A stretch of 60,222 nt of DNA. Source: Burkholderiales bacterium (lineage in GTDB: Bacteria > Pseudomonadota > Gammaproteobacteria > Burkholderiales > SG8-39). The notes below the pieces were generated by a model that worked only from the letters and a program-made list of their open reading frames with translations, was not told the origin of the DNA and ran no database searches. Every line of letters begins with the position of its first letter. Within the stretch, counting starts at the first letter, position 1. Below, one piece after another: positions 44,241 through 53,422 of the stretch. The translations under genes were made by a program, and so were the position numbers. Location of the stretch: NCBI GenBank assembly GCA_035637655.1, contig DASPWT010000210.1, positions 1 to 60,222 on the forward strand, read 5' to 3'.

Positions 44241-45121
44241 ACCTCGACAACTTCGGCATGGACACGATCACGCTCGCCGGGCCGCTGGAGGCGAAGCTCG
44301 ACGCGATCCGCGGCGCGGGCTTCACCCAGGTCATGCTCTCCGCGCCCGACCTCGTCGGACATCCCGGCGGCGAGAAGGCCGCGCTCGCGGCGGTGCGCGC
44401 AAGCGGCCTGCGCGTCACCGGGTTCCAGGTCCTGCGCGATTTCGAGGGCCTGTCGGGCCACCTGCACGCCTACAAGGTCGACGTGGCGAAGGCGATGCTG
44501 CGGATGTGCCGCGCGCTCGGCTCGGAGGTGCTGCTTGCGTGCTCGTCGACTTCGGCGCACGCGGTCGGCGACCCGGAATTCCTGATAAAGGACCTGCAAA
44601 AACTCGCGATGCTGGCCGTGCCCTTGAATATCCGCATCGCTTACGAAGCCCTGTCGTGGGGCCGGCACGTGAACGAATTTCCGCGGGCCGCCGAGCTCGT
44701 GCAAAGCGCCGACCGCGCGAACCTCGGCCTCGCGCTGGATTCGTTTCACATCTTCGCCAACGAAACGCGCCTCGGCGCGCTGCAGGAGATCGACCCTGCC
44801 AAGGTGTTCCTGGTGCAGCTGTCCGACTTCATGTGGGAGGAAATCCGCTCCCCCGACGATCGCATCGAAACCGCGCGGCACTACCGGGTTTTTCCCGGCG
44901 AAGGCGTGCACGGCGCGCAGGTTGCGGAGATGGTCCGCACCCTGGACGAAATGGGCTATCGGGGGGACTACAGCTTCGAGGTCTTCAACGACGACTACCG
45001 CCAGCTGCCGCTGCCCATGGTCGCCGAGCGGGCGCGCCTATCGGTGAAGTGGATCTCGGGTCTGGTGTCGAGGCGCAGCCTTCCCGCGCGGCGCTCCGGG
45101 GGCGCCGCCGCGGTTCCGTGA
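44237..45121 (+). CDS. xylose-isomerase-like TIM-barrel protein (sugar phosphate isomerase/epimerase; dehydroshikimate dehydratase-like)
   Basis: The ATG overlaps the upstream stop (ATGA). Reads ...RIAYEALSWG ... GLALDSFH ... FLVQLSD ... YSFEVFN, the metal-ligand pattern of this fold. Confidence 0.7.
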   Translation: MNLDNFGMDTITLAGPLEAKLDAIRGAGFTQVMLSAPDLVGHPGGEKAALAAVRASGLRVTGFQVLRDFEGLSGHLHAYKVDVAKAMLRMCRALGSEVLLACSSTSAHAVGDPEFLIKDLQKLAMLAVPLNIRIAYEALSWGRHVNEFPRAAELVQSADRANLGLALDSFHIFANETRLGALQEIDPAKVFLVQLSDFMWEEIRSPDDRIETARHYRVFPGEGVHGAQVAEMVRTLDEMGYRGDYSFEVFNDDYRQLPLPMVAERARLSVKWISGLVSRRSLPARRSGGAAAVP

Positions 45122-45127
45122 AGGCTG

Positions 45128-45145
45128 GGTAGGGCGTGTAGGGAT
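45128..45145. repeat. 18-bp direct repeat of the tRNA-Lys 3' end (distal att-like site)
   Basis: GGTAGGGCGTGTAGGGAT is identical to 58511-58528, in the same orientation. Confidence 0.85.
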
Positions 45146-45162
45146 AAACAAAGGAAAGCGCC

Positions 45163-46317
45163 ATGGAGAAGAAGATCATTTTTTTGGCAGATGGAACGTG
45201 GAATAGTCCGGACCAGGACGAGGACTCGGATGGCTCGCCCGATTACACGAACGTGTATAAGTTGTTCCTGACGCTTGAAGGAAACGACCCGGCCGGGTCG
45301 GTGAAATTGGAACGCGAGCAAGAAAAGGAGCTGCGCGCCGACGGCATGGTGCAGATTGCCAAATATATTCACGGCGTCGGCGATTCGGGCAACCCGATCA
45401 AACGGATCATGGGCGGGGTGTTCGGAGCGGGAATCATCTCCCGGGTGGTACGCGGGTATACGTTCATTTCCCGCAATTACGAACCCGGGGCGCACATTCA
45501 CATCGTTGGTTTTAGTCGCGGCGCGTATACGGCGCGGGCGCTTGCCGGTCTCATCGTGTCTCAGGGCCTTTTGGGTCGGCCCATCACCCAGGACAAGGAG
45601 CTCGCCTATCGCTGCGGCAAGGAGGCGTGGTATCGCTATCGCGCGGCCGGTAAGACCAAGCCCAATTTTTGGGTGCGCACGGTCGAAGCCTTGGCCAATC
45701 CACGGGAATTGTTCACACGCGACGTTCTGAAGGACTCCGATCTGATACCGATCGATCGCATCGCCTCCGTTGGGGTGTGGGACACCGTTGGTGCCATGGG
45801 ACTGCCTGACTACAAGAAAGACGCTCGCATCGATGAATTCAAGTTCGCCAATACCCAGCTCAGCACCAAAGTAGCCAAGGGTTTTCACGCGGTCGCGCTG
45901 GATGAGCAGCGCGGCGATTTCACGCCGACACTTTGGGATGCCGCGTCCAACGTGACGCAGGTCCTCTTTCCCGGCGCACACGCCGACGTGGGCGGCGGTT
46001 ATCCGAATAACCCCGCAGAAAGCGGGCTGTCGAATGTACCGCTGGGGTGGATGATCGAGATGCTTAGGAGCGCGGGCGTGCGATTCGCGCAAAACGACGT
46101 AAAGCAGCTCGTGCCGAATGCCGCGGCTACCGCGCACAAGCCATGGGTTCACAATCCGTGGCCAGAACTCCCCAAGAGAAGCAGGACGTTTCCCAAGGGA
46201 ATAATCGAGCATCCATCCATTCTCGAACGCATGTCGGCGGCGGGCGTGATCGCAGAGCCGGGGGAAACTCGAGCTCCGTACCGGCCGAGCAATCGACCGT
46301 CATTGAACAGGGCTTGA
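45163..46317 (+). CDS. DUF2235-family alpha/beta hydrolase (T6SS Tle1-like phospholipase fold)
   Basis: IIFLADGTWNSP, KYIHGVGD, the nucleophile elbow VGFSRGAYTARALAG, WDTVGAMG and FPGAHADVGGGY. Confidence 0.75.
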   Translation: MEKKIIFLADGTWNSPDQDEDSDGSPDYTNVYKLFLTLEGNDPAGSVKLEREQEKELRADGMVQIAKYIHGVGDSGNPIKRIMGGVFGAGIISRVVRGYTFISRNYEPGAHIHIVGFSRGAYTARALAGLIVSQGLLGRPITQDKELAYRCGKEAWYRYRAAGKTKPNFWVRTVEALANPRELFTRDVLKDSDLIPIDRIASVGVWDTVGAMGLPDYKKDARIDEFKFANTQLSTKVAKGFHAVALDEQRGDFTPTLWDAASNVTQVLFPGAHADVGGGYPNNPAESGLSNVPLGWMIEMLRSAGVRFAQNDVKQLVPNAAATAHKPWVHNPWPELPKRSRTFPKGIIEHPSILERMSAAGVIAEPGETRAPYRPSNRPSLNRA

Positions 46318-46373
46318 CGTACCGCGGCAGTTCCCACCACGTTCGGGCTTAGGTCCATCGCTCGCTCCCGTAT

Positions 46374-47843
46374 CTATTTCCTGTTTTTGGGCTGACTGCG
46401 CATCTTCTCGTTAAATTGGTTACGTGCTGCAACGAACCCTGTGTACATCTGGCGCGCGAAGGCCACCATGTTGGCATTGAAGATGTCATTGTGGCCGTGC
46501 ATGATGTCGTCAGTCGTCCGGACCACCCAGAACGGGTTATGGTCTGGGTACGCCTCCTCGGTCCACCTCAACTCCAGTCCATCGCAAAGATACTGCTGGC
46601 CGGGTTTCGCTTTGCGGTGGTCGAACCCGCGTTCTGCAATTGCAAACATATAGGAATATTCGCGAGCGGCCTTGGCTTCAAAGTTGTTTTGAAGAGTATT
46701 GCTGGCAGTCCCTGATGCCGCCTTGCATGCTTCTTGGCAGTCGGTGTTGTCCGGTGCGCACAGACTTAGGTCGTGCGTGATATACCGTGGGTTGTGGCCG
46801 ACAGCCAGGACAGTCGCTGATTGCTCCTCCCCGGACGTTGCTTCAAACACCGTATTGAACCATCGCGCAAGTGGGAAGAAGTATCTGGTTGCCACGTCGG
46901 CCGTAGAAGTCGCGACTATGACGACTGGCAGCTGGTTACGCTCCACGTCCGGCAGCCTCCGAACGGCGGCCCTCAATACCTCGTAGCGTGCCCCTTCGAA
47001 CGCGGGATTTACGATCACGACCAAATCTCCCACCCGAGACATGTAGTGATCGTTTGGTTTCTCAACGTTACGCTTGAAACGTACCGCGTTACGGACGAAT
47101 TCGCCACTCAACGCTTCAAACGTGATCAATCCGCCAAAGGAGTGCCCTATAGTGAGGACAGTGACATTTCGTTCGCCCGTGGTTGGGTCCGTCCCAGTAT
47201 CACGAAACAAATCCAACCATCGAAAAAGTTCCTGAACTTGTCCTTGGGCAACTCGTTCGGCAGTATTCTTACGTTCCCAAAACGTAGTGTTGTCTAGAAT
47301 CGGGATGGTCAGTGACTTACCGCGCCAGCCGACATAAATACCAACGACTCTCGGTTTGGGGCCTTGACCAGCAGCGGCGGCTTCCAGAGTGTCGACCTGG
47401 CGGAGCAGCCTGCGAAACGCGTGCACGTTGGAATCCGTCGCCTCTGCGTTGTGCTGCCAACCGTGAACAAAAACAACGATAGATAACCTCTGTTGGGTCT
47501 TGTCGGGTTTCTCGCGGATTTGTCTGATCGATTCATACAGCTTACTCAGGTGATCTGCTTTGGTAGGGTTGCTCTCTTTGGCTGCGTCCTGCACCCAACC
47601 TTGATCGTCAAACTCGACAAACAAGACGTCGTAGTCTCGGTGGCTCTCGCGGGATTGCTTCCAGCAGTTGTCGCCCTCTTCGATCGGCGGCGCCGCAACT
47701 GACAGAAGCGCGGCGTCGTAGGCGCCGTAAGTTTTCTCACACGATGGAATCGCCCCGTAATCCCCATTGCGGTAGGGCACGCCCGACGTGCATGCAGTCA
47801 ATGCAGCGAGGACAGCAACCCGATACAAAGGCGGGTTTTTCAT
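46374..47843 (-). CDS. lipoprotein alpha/beta-fold serine hydrolase (esterase/lipase-like)
   Basis: Lipobox LAALTAC. Reads VVFVHGWQHN, YVGWRGKS and the nucleophile elbow TIGHSFGGLI. Confidence 0.65.
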   Translation of the reverse strand: MKNPPLYRVAVLAALTACTSGVPYRNGDYGAIPSCEKTYGAYDAALLSVAAPPIEEGDNCWKQSRESHRDYDVLFVEFDDQGWVQDAAKESNPTKADHLSKLYESIRQIREKPDKTQQRLSIVVFVHGWQHNAEATDSNVHAFRRLLRQVDTLEAAAAGQGPKPRVVGIYVGWRGKSLTIPILDNTTFWERKNTAERVAQGQVQELFRWLDLFRDTGTDPTTGERNVTVLTIGHSFGGLITFEALSGEFVRNAVRFKRNVEKPNDHYMSRVGDLVVIVNPAFEGARYEVLRAAVRRLPDVERNQLPVVIVATSTADVATRYFFPLARWFNTVFEATSGEEQSATVLAVGHNPRYITHDLSLCAPDNTDCQEACKAASGTASNTLQNNFEAKAAREYSYMFAIAERGFDHRKAKPGQQYLCDGLELRWTEEAYPDHNPFWVVRTTDDIMHGHNDIFNANMVAFARQMYTGFVAARNQFNEKMRSQPKNRK

Positions 47844-47886
47844 CTCTCTCTCCCTTAGGCGTGTTCGGTCCCGACGGAGAAAACGT

Positions 47887-49347
47887 TCATAGTGTTTTAA
47901 GGTACTCGATCAGCGCATCTTTCCCCGCGGCGGGCAAGCGCGTGCCGTATTCGTGCCCTCGATTGCCGCTGGCTCTCTCGCCCACGTTGAATTTGGTGCC
48001 GACGCGTTGCGCTTCTGGTCCCTGCGTGATGAAACCGACATTGACCGGATCGTATACGTCGTAGCCACGATAGAACTCTTTAGGTCGTTCGGTAGCGGGC
48101 TTGAGCAGATCGCGCAGCGTCGGCACCGAACCGTTGTGTAGATAAGGCGCGCGCAGCCAAATCCCGTCGAGGAACGCGGCGATGTAGCCGCTCGGTTCCG
48201 CCTCGACCAGTCCGCGGCGCTCGAGACCGAAAGCGCGCACGACCTTGTTTGCCTCAATCGCGGCCTTTTTGCTCCAGGTAAGGAGACGCTCTCGATCAGT
48301 GCCGACCTCCTCCACCGGCACCCGCGTGCCGGTCCGTTCCGAGGCGTGGCAGCCCGCGCAGTTGTTGTCGAAGATAGTCTTGCCGACCCTTGCCGCTTGC
48401 GGGTTGATGGGGAACGGATATTTCGGCGCCGGTAGCTCGCGCAGGTACTGTTCAAGCCAGTCGACCTCCTTCAGAAAGTCTCCCTTGTTGTGCGGGGCCG
48501 CACCAAGCAACCCGAGCGCCGAATCCATGATGACCGAGCGCGCGTCGTGGCTGTCGCCCGCCAAGTTCATGAGCATGCCTTTTTCGGGTTTGTACTTTTT
48601 GAGATTCCAGACCGAAGGCATGTCAGTCGGACCGATGGTGTCGTCCATCGGAAACCGGATCATGAAGTACTTGGTGAGGTTCATCGCATCGTCGCGCCCG
48701 CGACCCCATTCGGGGAAATCCTTGCGATAGACCCATGCGAACTGCTGCTCGCGCTCTAGCAGGCGTTTTTTGGTAATAGGGATGATGAGAAAGCGATAGA
48801 GTGCCCGATCAAGCGGCGAGAGCTGGGTGACGAGCTTGATCTCGCGCATGAGGTTATCGGCGTTGAAGCGCGGATCCTTGGCGCAGTCCACCAGGAAGCG
48901 GAAGAATGCCTCAAGGTTGAGCGTGTGATTCGGGCCGGTGGGCACGAAGGTCGGGTTCTCGTCGGAACGCTTGCGATAACTCGCGGTATGGCAGGCCGCG
49001 CAGTTGTTCGCCACGCGCGGGAAGCCGATCACCTTCTTGGTGAAACCGATCGGCAATTCCTGTCCTTGCTCCCACGCCACGCCGAATGAAGCGTAACCAC
49101 CCGGCCCCGGCAGTTTGTCGGGAAACACTCGCGGCAGCACGTAGAAGATCCAGTACGGAATGCCGGCATCGTGCTCGGCTCCGATGGAACCATACTTAAA
49201 CCGCATTTCAGGCGTGGCCGTGATCCATTCCGGCTGCGGTTCTTCGCGAAAGAATTTGTGCCAGCCGACGAAGGCCCCGATGGCGACCAGAACCAGTACC
49301 ACTGCGAGGACGAGCTTCCACTTTCGTTTCTTGGTTGCAGTTTGCAT
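47887..49347 (-). CDS. membrane-anchored di-haem c-type cytochrome, peroxidase/MauG-like C-terminus (486 aa)
   Basis: N-terminal TM anchor. CAACH and CAGCH. Reads LRAPYLHNGSVPTLRDLL ... GHEYG ... KDALIEYLKTL. Confidence 0.7.
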   Translation of the reverse strand: MQTATKKRKWKLVLAVVLVLVAIGAFVGWHKFFREEPQPEWITATPEMRFKYGSIGAEHDAGIPYWIFYVLPRVFPDKLPGPGGYASFGVAWEQGQELPIGFTKKVIGFPRVANNCAACHTASYRKRSDENPTFVPTGPNHTLNLEAFFRFLVDCAKDPRFNADNLMREIKLVTQLSPLDRALYRFLIIPITKKRLLEREQQFAWVYRKDFPEWGRGRDDAMNLTKYFMIRFPMDDTIGPTDMPSVWNLKKYKPEKGMLMNLAGDSHDARSVIMDSALGLLGAAPHNKGDFLKEVDWLEQYLRELPAPKYPFPINPQAARVGKTIFDNNCAGCHASERTGTRVPVEEVGTDRERLLTWSKKAAIEANKVVRAFGLERRGLVEAEPSGYIAAFLDGIWLRAPYLHNGSVPTLRDLLKPATERPKEFYRGYDVYDPVNVGFITQGPEAQRVGTKFNVGERASGNRGHEYGTRLPAAGKDALIEYLKTL

Positions 49348-49380
49348 TTTTTCCCCTCGGCAGGACGCCGGCGACGCGCG

Positions 49381-50994
49381 TTAGAACGTTTTCAGATACT
49401 CAATGAGGGCGTCCTTGTCCCCGGGCCCAAGTTGCGTACCGTAGGCTGGGCCTTCGTGGCCCTTATTCCCGTTGCCGGGCTGGCTGGTGTCGTAGCGGAA
49501 GTACTTGCGACCGCCTTCTTCAGCGACGGTGCTGACGAAGCCGACCTTCCCCGGGTCATACACGTCGTAGCCGCGGTAAAACGTCCTCGGCCGCTTCCCG
49601 CTCGGCTCAAGCAGGTCGCGTAGCGTTGGGACCGATCCGTTATGCAAGTAAGGCGCGCGGAGCCACAGACCATCGAGCGGCATGTTGGCGTAGCCGAAGG
49701 TTTTGCGAAAATGGCAGAAGCGCCACTCGTATCCCGCGTACAAAGCGCTCTGATTCACAGCCAGGGTATAGGTATATGAATCGAGACGGCGGCGGTCAGT
49801 GCCTATCGCCTCGATCGGTGTGATCTTGCCCACTAAGGGACCGTAGAGCACCTCATCCGGCTCGCCCGGCTTTAGGCATTCGATCTTCTGGCCGCCCTCG
49901 GCAGCGCCGAATGCCTGCCCGCTTGCACCGTGACATCCACTGCAGTATTTCTTGTAAATTGGTGCGCCCTTTTCCGCACGCACCTGGTCGATCGGAAACG
50001 GGTAGGACGGTGGGTTCGCGTTCCGAAGCCAGTCCTCAATCCGTCTGATGCGGCCAAGATCTATGGTAGGCGGTGTAGTGCCGGTGCCAAATGCCGCACT
50101 CTTGTTGCGCTCTTCCACCATATTGTTGTTGCCGTCCCAGTGTAACTGCATGCCCTTCTTCCTCTGCTGGTTCCATATGGCAGGAAAGTCAGCGGGGGCA
50201 TTCATTTCGCGGTCCGGCAGTTGGCCCATAGGAAAGTTAAATAACACTTTCGCTGCGTTAAAAGTGTCCACCCGCCCCGGGCCCCAATCGTGTTGCGCAT
50301 ATACGAACTGAAAACGCCCGCGCAGCATGAGCAGGCGTTCGCGCATAATCCAAACGGCGAGCGGATAGACCACGTAGCGGTCGATAAGTCCCAAATCTTC
50401 GCCGCGGGCCTGAAGAAGGCGTCTGACCTCGGGGATGATGAACTCGCCGCTGAATTTGGGGTCAGCGCTGCAATCAAAGAAGAATTTCTCGAACGCCATG
50501 ACGTTGAAGGTGTTGGCGGGCATGCCGGCATAGATTTCCGGCCCACTCTGTTCGGTTTTGCGCACGGTACTGGTATGACACGCCGCGCAGTTCAGAAAAG
50601 TGCGCTCTATACCCATAACCGAGCGCTTGGAGGCGCCAACCGGCAGGTCGTGGCCCGTTTCATAAATCATCCCGAAAGCGGCGTAACCTTTGCCGTCCTC
50701 GTGGCGTGCGCCGGGCGAAGCAAACCCTTTATCGGGGAGGTGTTCAGCGCACACCTGCGGTAGCGCCTTCCAGATCCAGAGCGGAAAGCCGGATTCGCGC
50801 TCGCCTCCAGTGGAACCGTACTTGAAATGCTCTACCACGTCAGCGTAGTCCGTTGGGGTGTCTTCATTCCATAGCCAGACGAGGTACCCGCAAACGAGTA
50901 GCGCGACAACAACAGCGAGCGTGACGATGGCTCGGCACCAGTCACCTAATAGTGCGTTCAAGTTCATGGAACCTGCACCTTGTTTTTGTTCCAT
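49381..50994 (-). CDS. membrane-anchored di-haem c-type cytochrome, paralogue of 47887-49347 (537 aa)
   Basis: N-terminal TM anchor. CAACH and CSGCH. Reads LRAPYLHNGSVPTLRDLL ... KGHEGPAYG ... DKDALIEYLKTF. Collinear similarity to the downstream gene. Confidence 0.7.
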   Translation of the reverse strand: MEQKQGAGSMNLNALLGDWCRAIVTLAVVVALLVCGYLVWLWNEDTPTDYADVVEHFKYGSTGGERESGFPLWIWKALPQVCAEHLPDKGFASPGARHEDGKGYAAFGMIYETGHDLPVGASKRSVMGIERTFLNCAACHTSTVRKTEQSGPEIYAGMPANTFNVMAFEKFFFDCSADPKFSGEFIIPEVRRLLQARGEDLGLIDRYVVYPLAVWIMRERLLMLRGRFQFVYAQHDWGPGRVDTFNAAKVLFNFPMGQLPDREMNAPADFPAIWNQQRKKGMQLHWDGNNNMVEERNKSAAFGTGTTPPTIDLGRIRRIEDWLRNANPPSYPFPIDQVRAEKGAPIYKKYCSGCHGASGQAFGAAEGGQKIECLKPGEPDEVLYGPLVGKITPIEAIGTDRRRLDSYTYTLAVNQSALYAGYEWRFCHFRKTFGYANMPLDGLWLRAPYLHNGSVPTLRDLLEPSGKRPRTFYRGYDVYDPGKVGFVSTVAEEGGRKYFRYDTSQPGNGNKGHEGPAYGTQLGPGDKDALIEYLKTF

Positions 50995-51068
50995 GCGGAT
51001 TCTCCTTCTCCGTTGCGCCCGCTGATCGATGGCGCGTCTCTATCGTGTTCGGGACCGGATTTCACGCC

Positions 51069-53372
51069 TCACAGGCAGCCGCGTAGGTTCTCGTAATTTC
51101 CGTTCAAAAGACGATCAAGATCGGGGGTGCGCCCCGTTTGCGCTTGAAGCAGGTCAACGGCGTACTGCCTGAGTCCCGCCAGTTCCACGCTCCCAGGCCA
51201 CTTCTCCGGTTCCGCATTGAGCTGCGTCAAGGCCAACATGGGTGGCATGGGCGTTTTCGGCCGGTCGTCATGCCGCAGTTGCCACATGCTCAGGCGGAAA
51301 AAAATGCGCTCGGCACAGTGCCTGAGATTCGTCGCTACTTGATCGGCGTCGCCGTAGAGGAAGTTCGGCGGCGAGGGCTCCGACGTTTGATGGCACAAGG
51401 CGCAGTATTGATAGAGCGGCGCTGCGCCCGCAAGCGCCGATTGCATCGCTCGCTCGCCTTCATCAAGGCGCGCGGCGGCCATGTTCTTATCATCAAGGCA
51501 GCACCACTCGCCGGTGGGCATACCTAGACGAGCAAAAAGGGGCGGCAGCACGGCGGCCCGGCGGAAAGGCATTGCGGCGAGCACATCCTTGGCGGTACTT
51601 TCGTCCTCCGCAAGCCGCGCGAGCGCGGCGGCAACTGGTGCAAAATCGTCGAGCGCGCTCATGATTATTTCACCCTTGAGCTCGACGGTTGCGCTGGGGG
51701 AGTTGCTCTCCGGCGCAGCCGCAGAACGCCAGCGCAGATTGATCCGGTCAACGGCGTTGCCGTCGATTAGGCGCACGTGCCGCCCCTGCCGCAGTGCGCG
51801 AACGACGAGCGCTGAGTACCCGTTGCTCCATTCCATTCGTTCGGCATGCACCTCAAACTCGCCGGTATCGCCTGCTATCCCGGACATGCTCAAATTCCTT
51901 ACAGTGCCTGTCGCTGCGCTCCCAGTCGGTATTTCTATGCGTCCGGAAACTCGTAATGCGCTCTCGATGTTTTCTTTCCCCGGGCAACGAAAATCGAGCC
52001 GCTGCGCGAACGACCACGGTCGCGAGAAGACCAAGCTGCACTCGCTTGACCACGTCCGGTGCGGCTGACCAGGTTTTGAGCCGAGGGCGAATAAATGAGC
52101 ATCTAGGCGTCTTACGTCCTCCGTAGCAATGAATTGAGACAGGCCGGCAATCATTCGCCTGGCATAGTCGTTAGCATCGGGAGGCCAGATTTCCAGTGGC
52201 TCCCGCGGGACCAAAGGATCGAAGCGCACTGGCACATGCGCTAGCGTCGTAGCGCCGGCCAACCCCGGATCGTCCGCACCACCCACCAGGGGATCGCGGT
52301 TGGGGATGTCCGGATTCGGAATCGCCAGGCCTCCGGGCCAACGCTCTTTGGTTGTCTGACCGAGTAACGCGAGCAGATTCTCGCGATAGGTCAGCGCGGT
52401 CTGATCGAAACCGTACTCGCTGCTCAAGCGATATTGGAGCAGCGCCTGAAGTAGCGCCGCCCGGCACCGTGCTGACCTGCGGCTGTTCTGGGTATCCTCA
52501 CAGCCTTCACGCCAAAGCTTTTGATACACCGACAGTAGGTTCGCACGCTCCGTGGCATCGTCGAGCGCGTTTGGAACGTCCACGCCACGCGCAACGGGAA
52601 TGCCGTAGAAAACCCGGCTGCGCGCCGTGAGCAGCGCGGCGATGCGCGGATTGGCGTTGGTCTCGTCCCACAACTGACGTGAGAATAGCGGCGCGTGGTT
52701 CTGGTGGCAGGTGACACATACAGTCCGGTTGGCGTAGACGACTTTAGGCGTGGCCCCGACACGGTAGTCTTTGACCAACTGGAACTCAAAGCGGCCGGCC
52801 GCCTCGTTGTAGCTGATCACCTCGATCAGATTGGCCTTCTCTTGGTAGCCAAGATAGAGTCGGTCTTTGAGCAGCATGCGGTGGTACCCTGCGGGTGCCG
52901 TAGCGGGCGACTCGGTATCCACTGCGACAACAGCACGCGGGTACTTGAAGAACTCGGGCCCTGCCGCACTCCGCTGCAGGGAGCGGCCCAATGGGATCAG
53001 CACGCGCTTCAGACACGAAGCTTCGACCGTTCCGATGCCACGCTCCTTGGGGGTGGCACGACCATCGCCTGCGCACCCGAGCCGAGAGTCGATCTTCTTC
53101 GTAAGTGCCTCGAAGGGAAACGGCACCCTGGTTGACTCGCCATCCATGACCACAAAATCGAAGAGGGAGCGGCCCACTGGCGGCAAGCTCTCGCCCGCAC
53201 TTGCAGGGTCAGCCGCCCACACAGGTGCTACTTGTTGAGCGAGGCTTGAGACCTGCTTCCCCTGTACGGTCTCTGCGTTCTGAGCCCCCTGCCAATGCCA
53301 GAGCCCGAACGCGATCGCCATAGAGAAACCGAGCACGCTCAGCAGGGCCGCAGACTTGAGCGGGAGTTTCAT
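51069..53372 (-). CDS. secreted or anchored protein with two CxxCH motifs, otherwise unknown (767 aa)
   Basis: N-terminal hydrophobic segment. CVTCH mid-protein and CALCH near the C-terminus. No other motif recognised. Confidence 0.6.
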   Translation of the reverse strand: MKLPLKSAALLSVLGFSMAIAFGLWHWQGAQNAETVQGKQVSSLAQQVAPVWAADPASAGESLPPVGRSLFDFVVMDGESTRVPFPFEALTKKIDSRLGCAGDGRATPKERGIGTVEASCLKRVLIPLGRSLQRSAAGPEFFKYPRAVVAVDTESPATAPAGYHRMLLKDRLYLGYQEKANLIEVISYNEAAGRFEFQLVKDYRVGATPKVVYANRTVCVTCHQNHAPLFSRQLWDETNANPRIAALLTARSRVFYGIPVARGVDVPNALDDATERANLLSVYQKLWREGCEDTQNSRRSARCRAALLQALLQYRLSSEYGFDQTALTYRENLLALLGQTTKERWPGGLAIPNPDIPNRDPLVGGADDPGLAGATTLAHVPVRFDPLVPREPLEIWPPDANDYARRMIAGLSQFIATEDVRRLDAHLFALGSKPGQPHRTWSSECSLVFSRPWSFAQRLDFRCPGKENIESALRVSGRIEIPTGSAATGTVRNLSMSGIAGDTGEFEVHAERMEWSNGYSALVVRALRQGRHVRLIDGNAVDRINLRWRSAAAPESNSPSATVELKGEIIMSALDDFAPVAAALARLAEDESTAKDVLAAMPFRRAAVLPPLFARLGMPTGEWCCLDDKNMAAARLDEGERAMQSALAGAAPLYQYCALCHQTSEPSPPNFLYGDADQVATNLRHCAERIFFRLSMWQLRHDDRPKTPMPPMLALTQLNAEPEKWPGSVELAGLRQYAVDLLQAQTGRTPDLDRLLNGNYENLRGCL

Positions 53373-53422
53373 TCGACTTGCCCTCTCCGATCTGCCTTAT
53401 CGATTGGTGCCCGTTTCTGACG

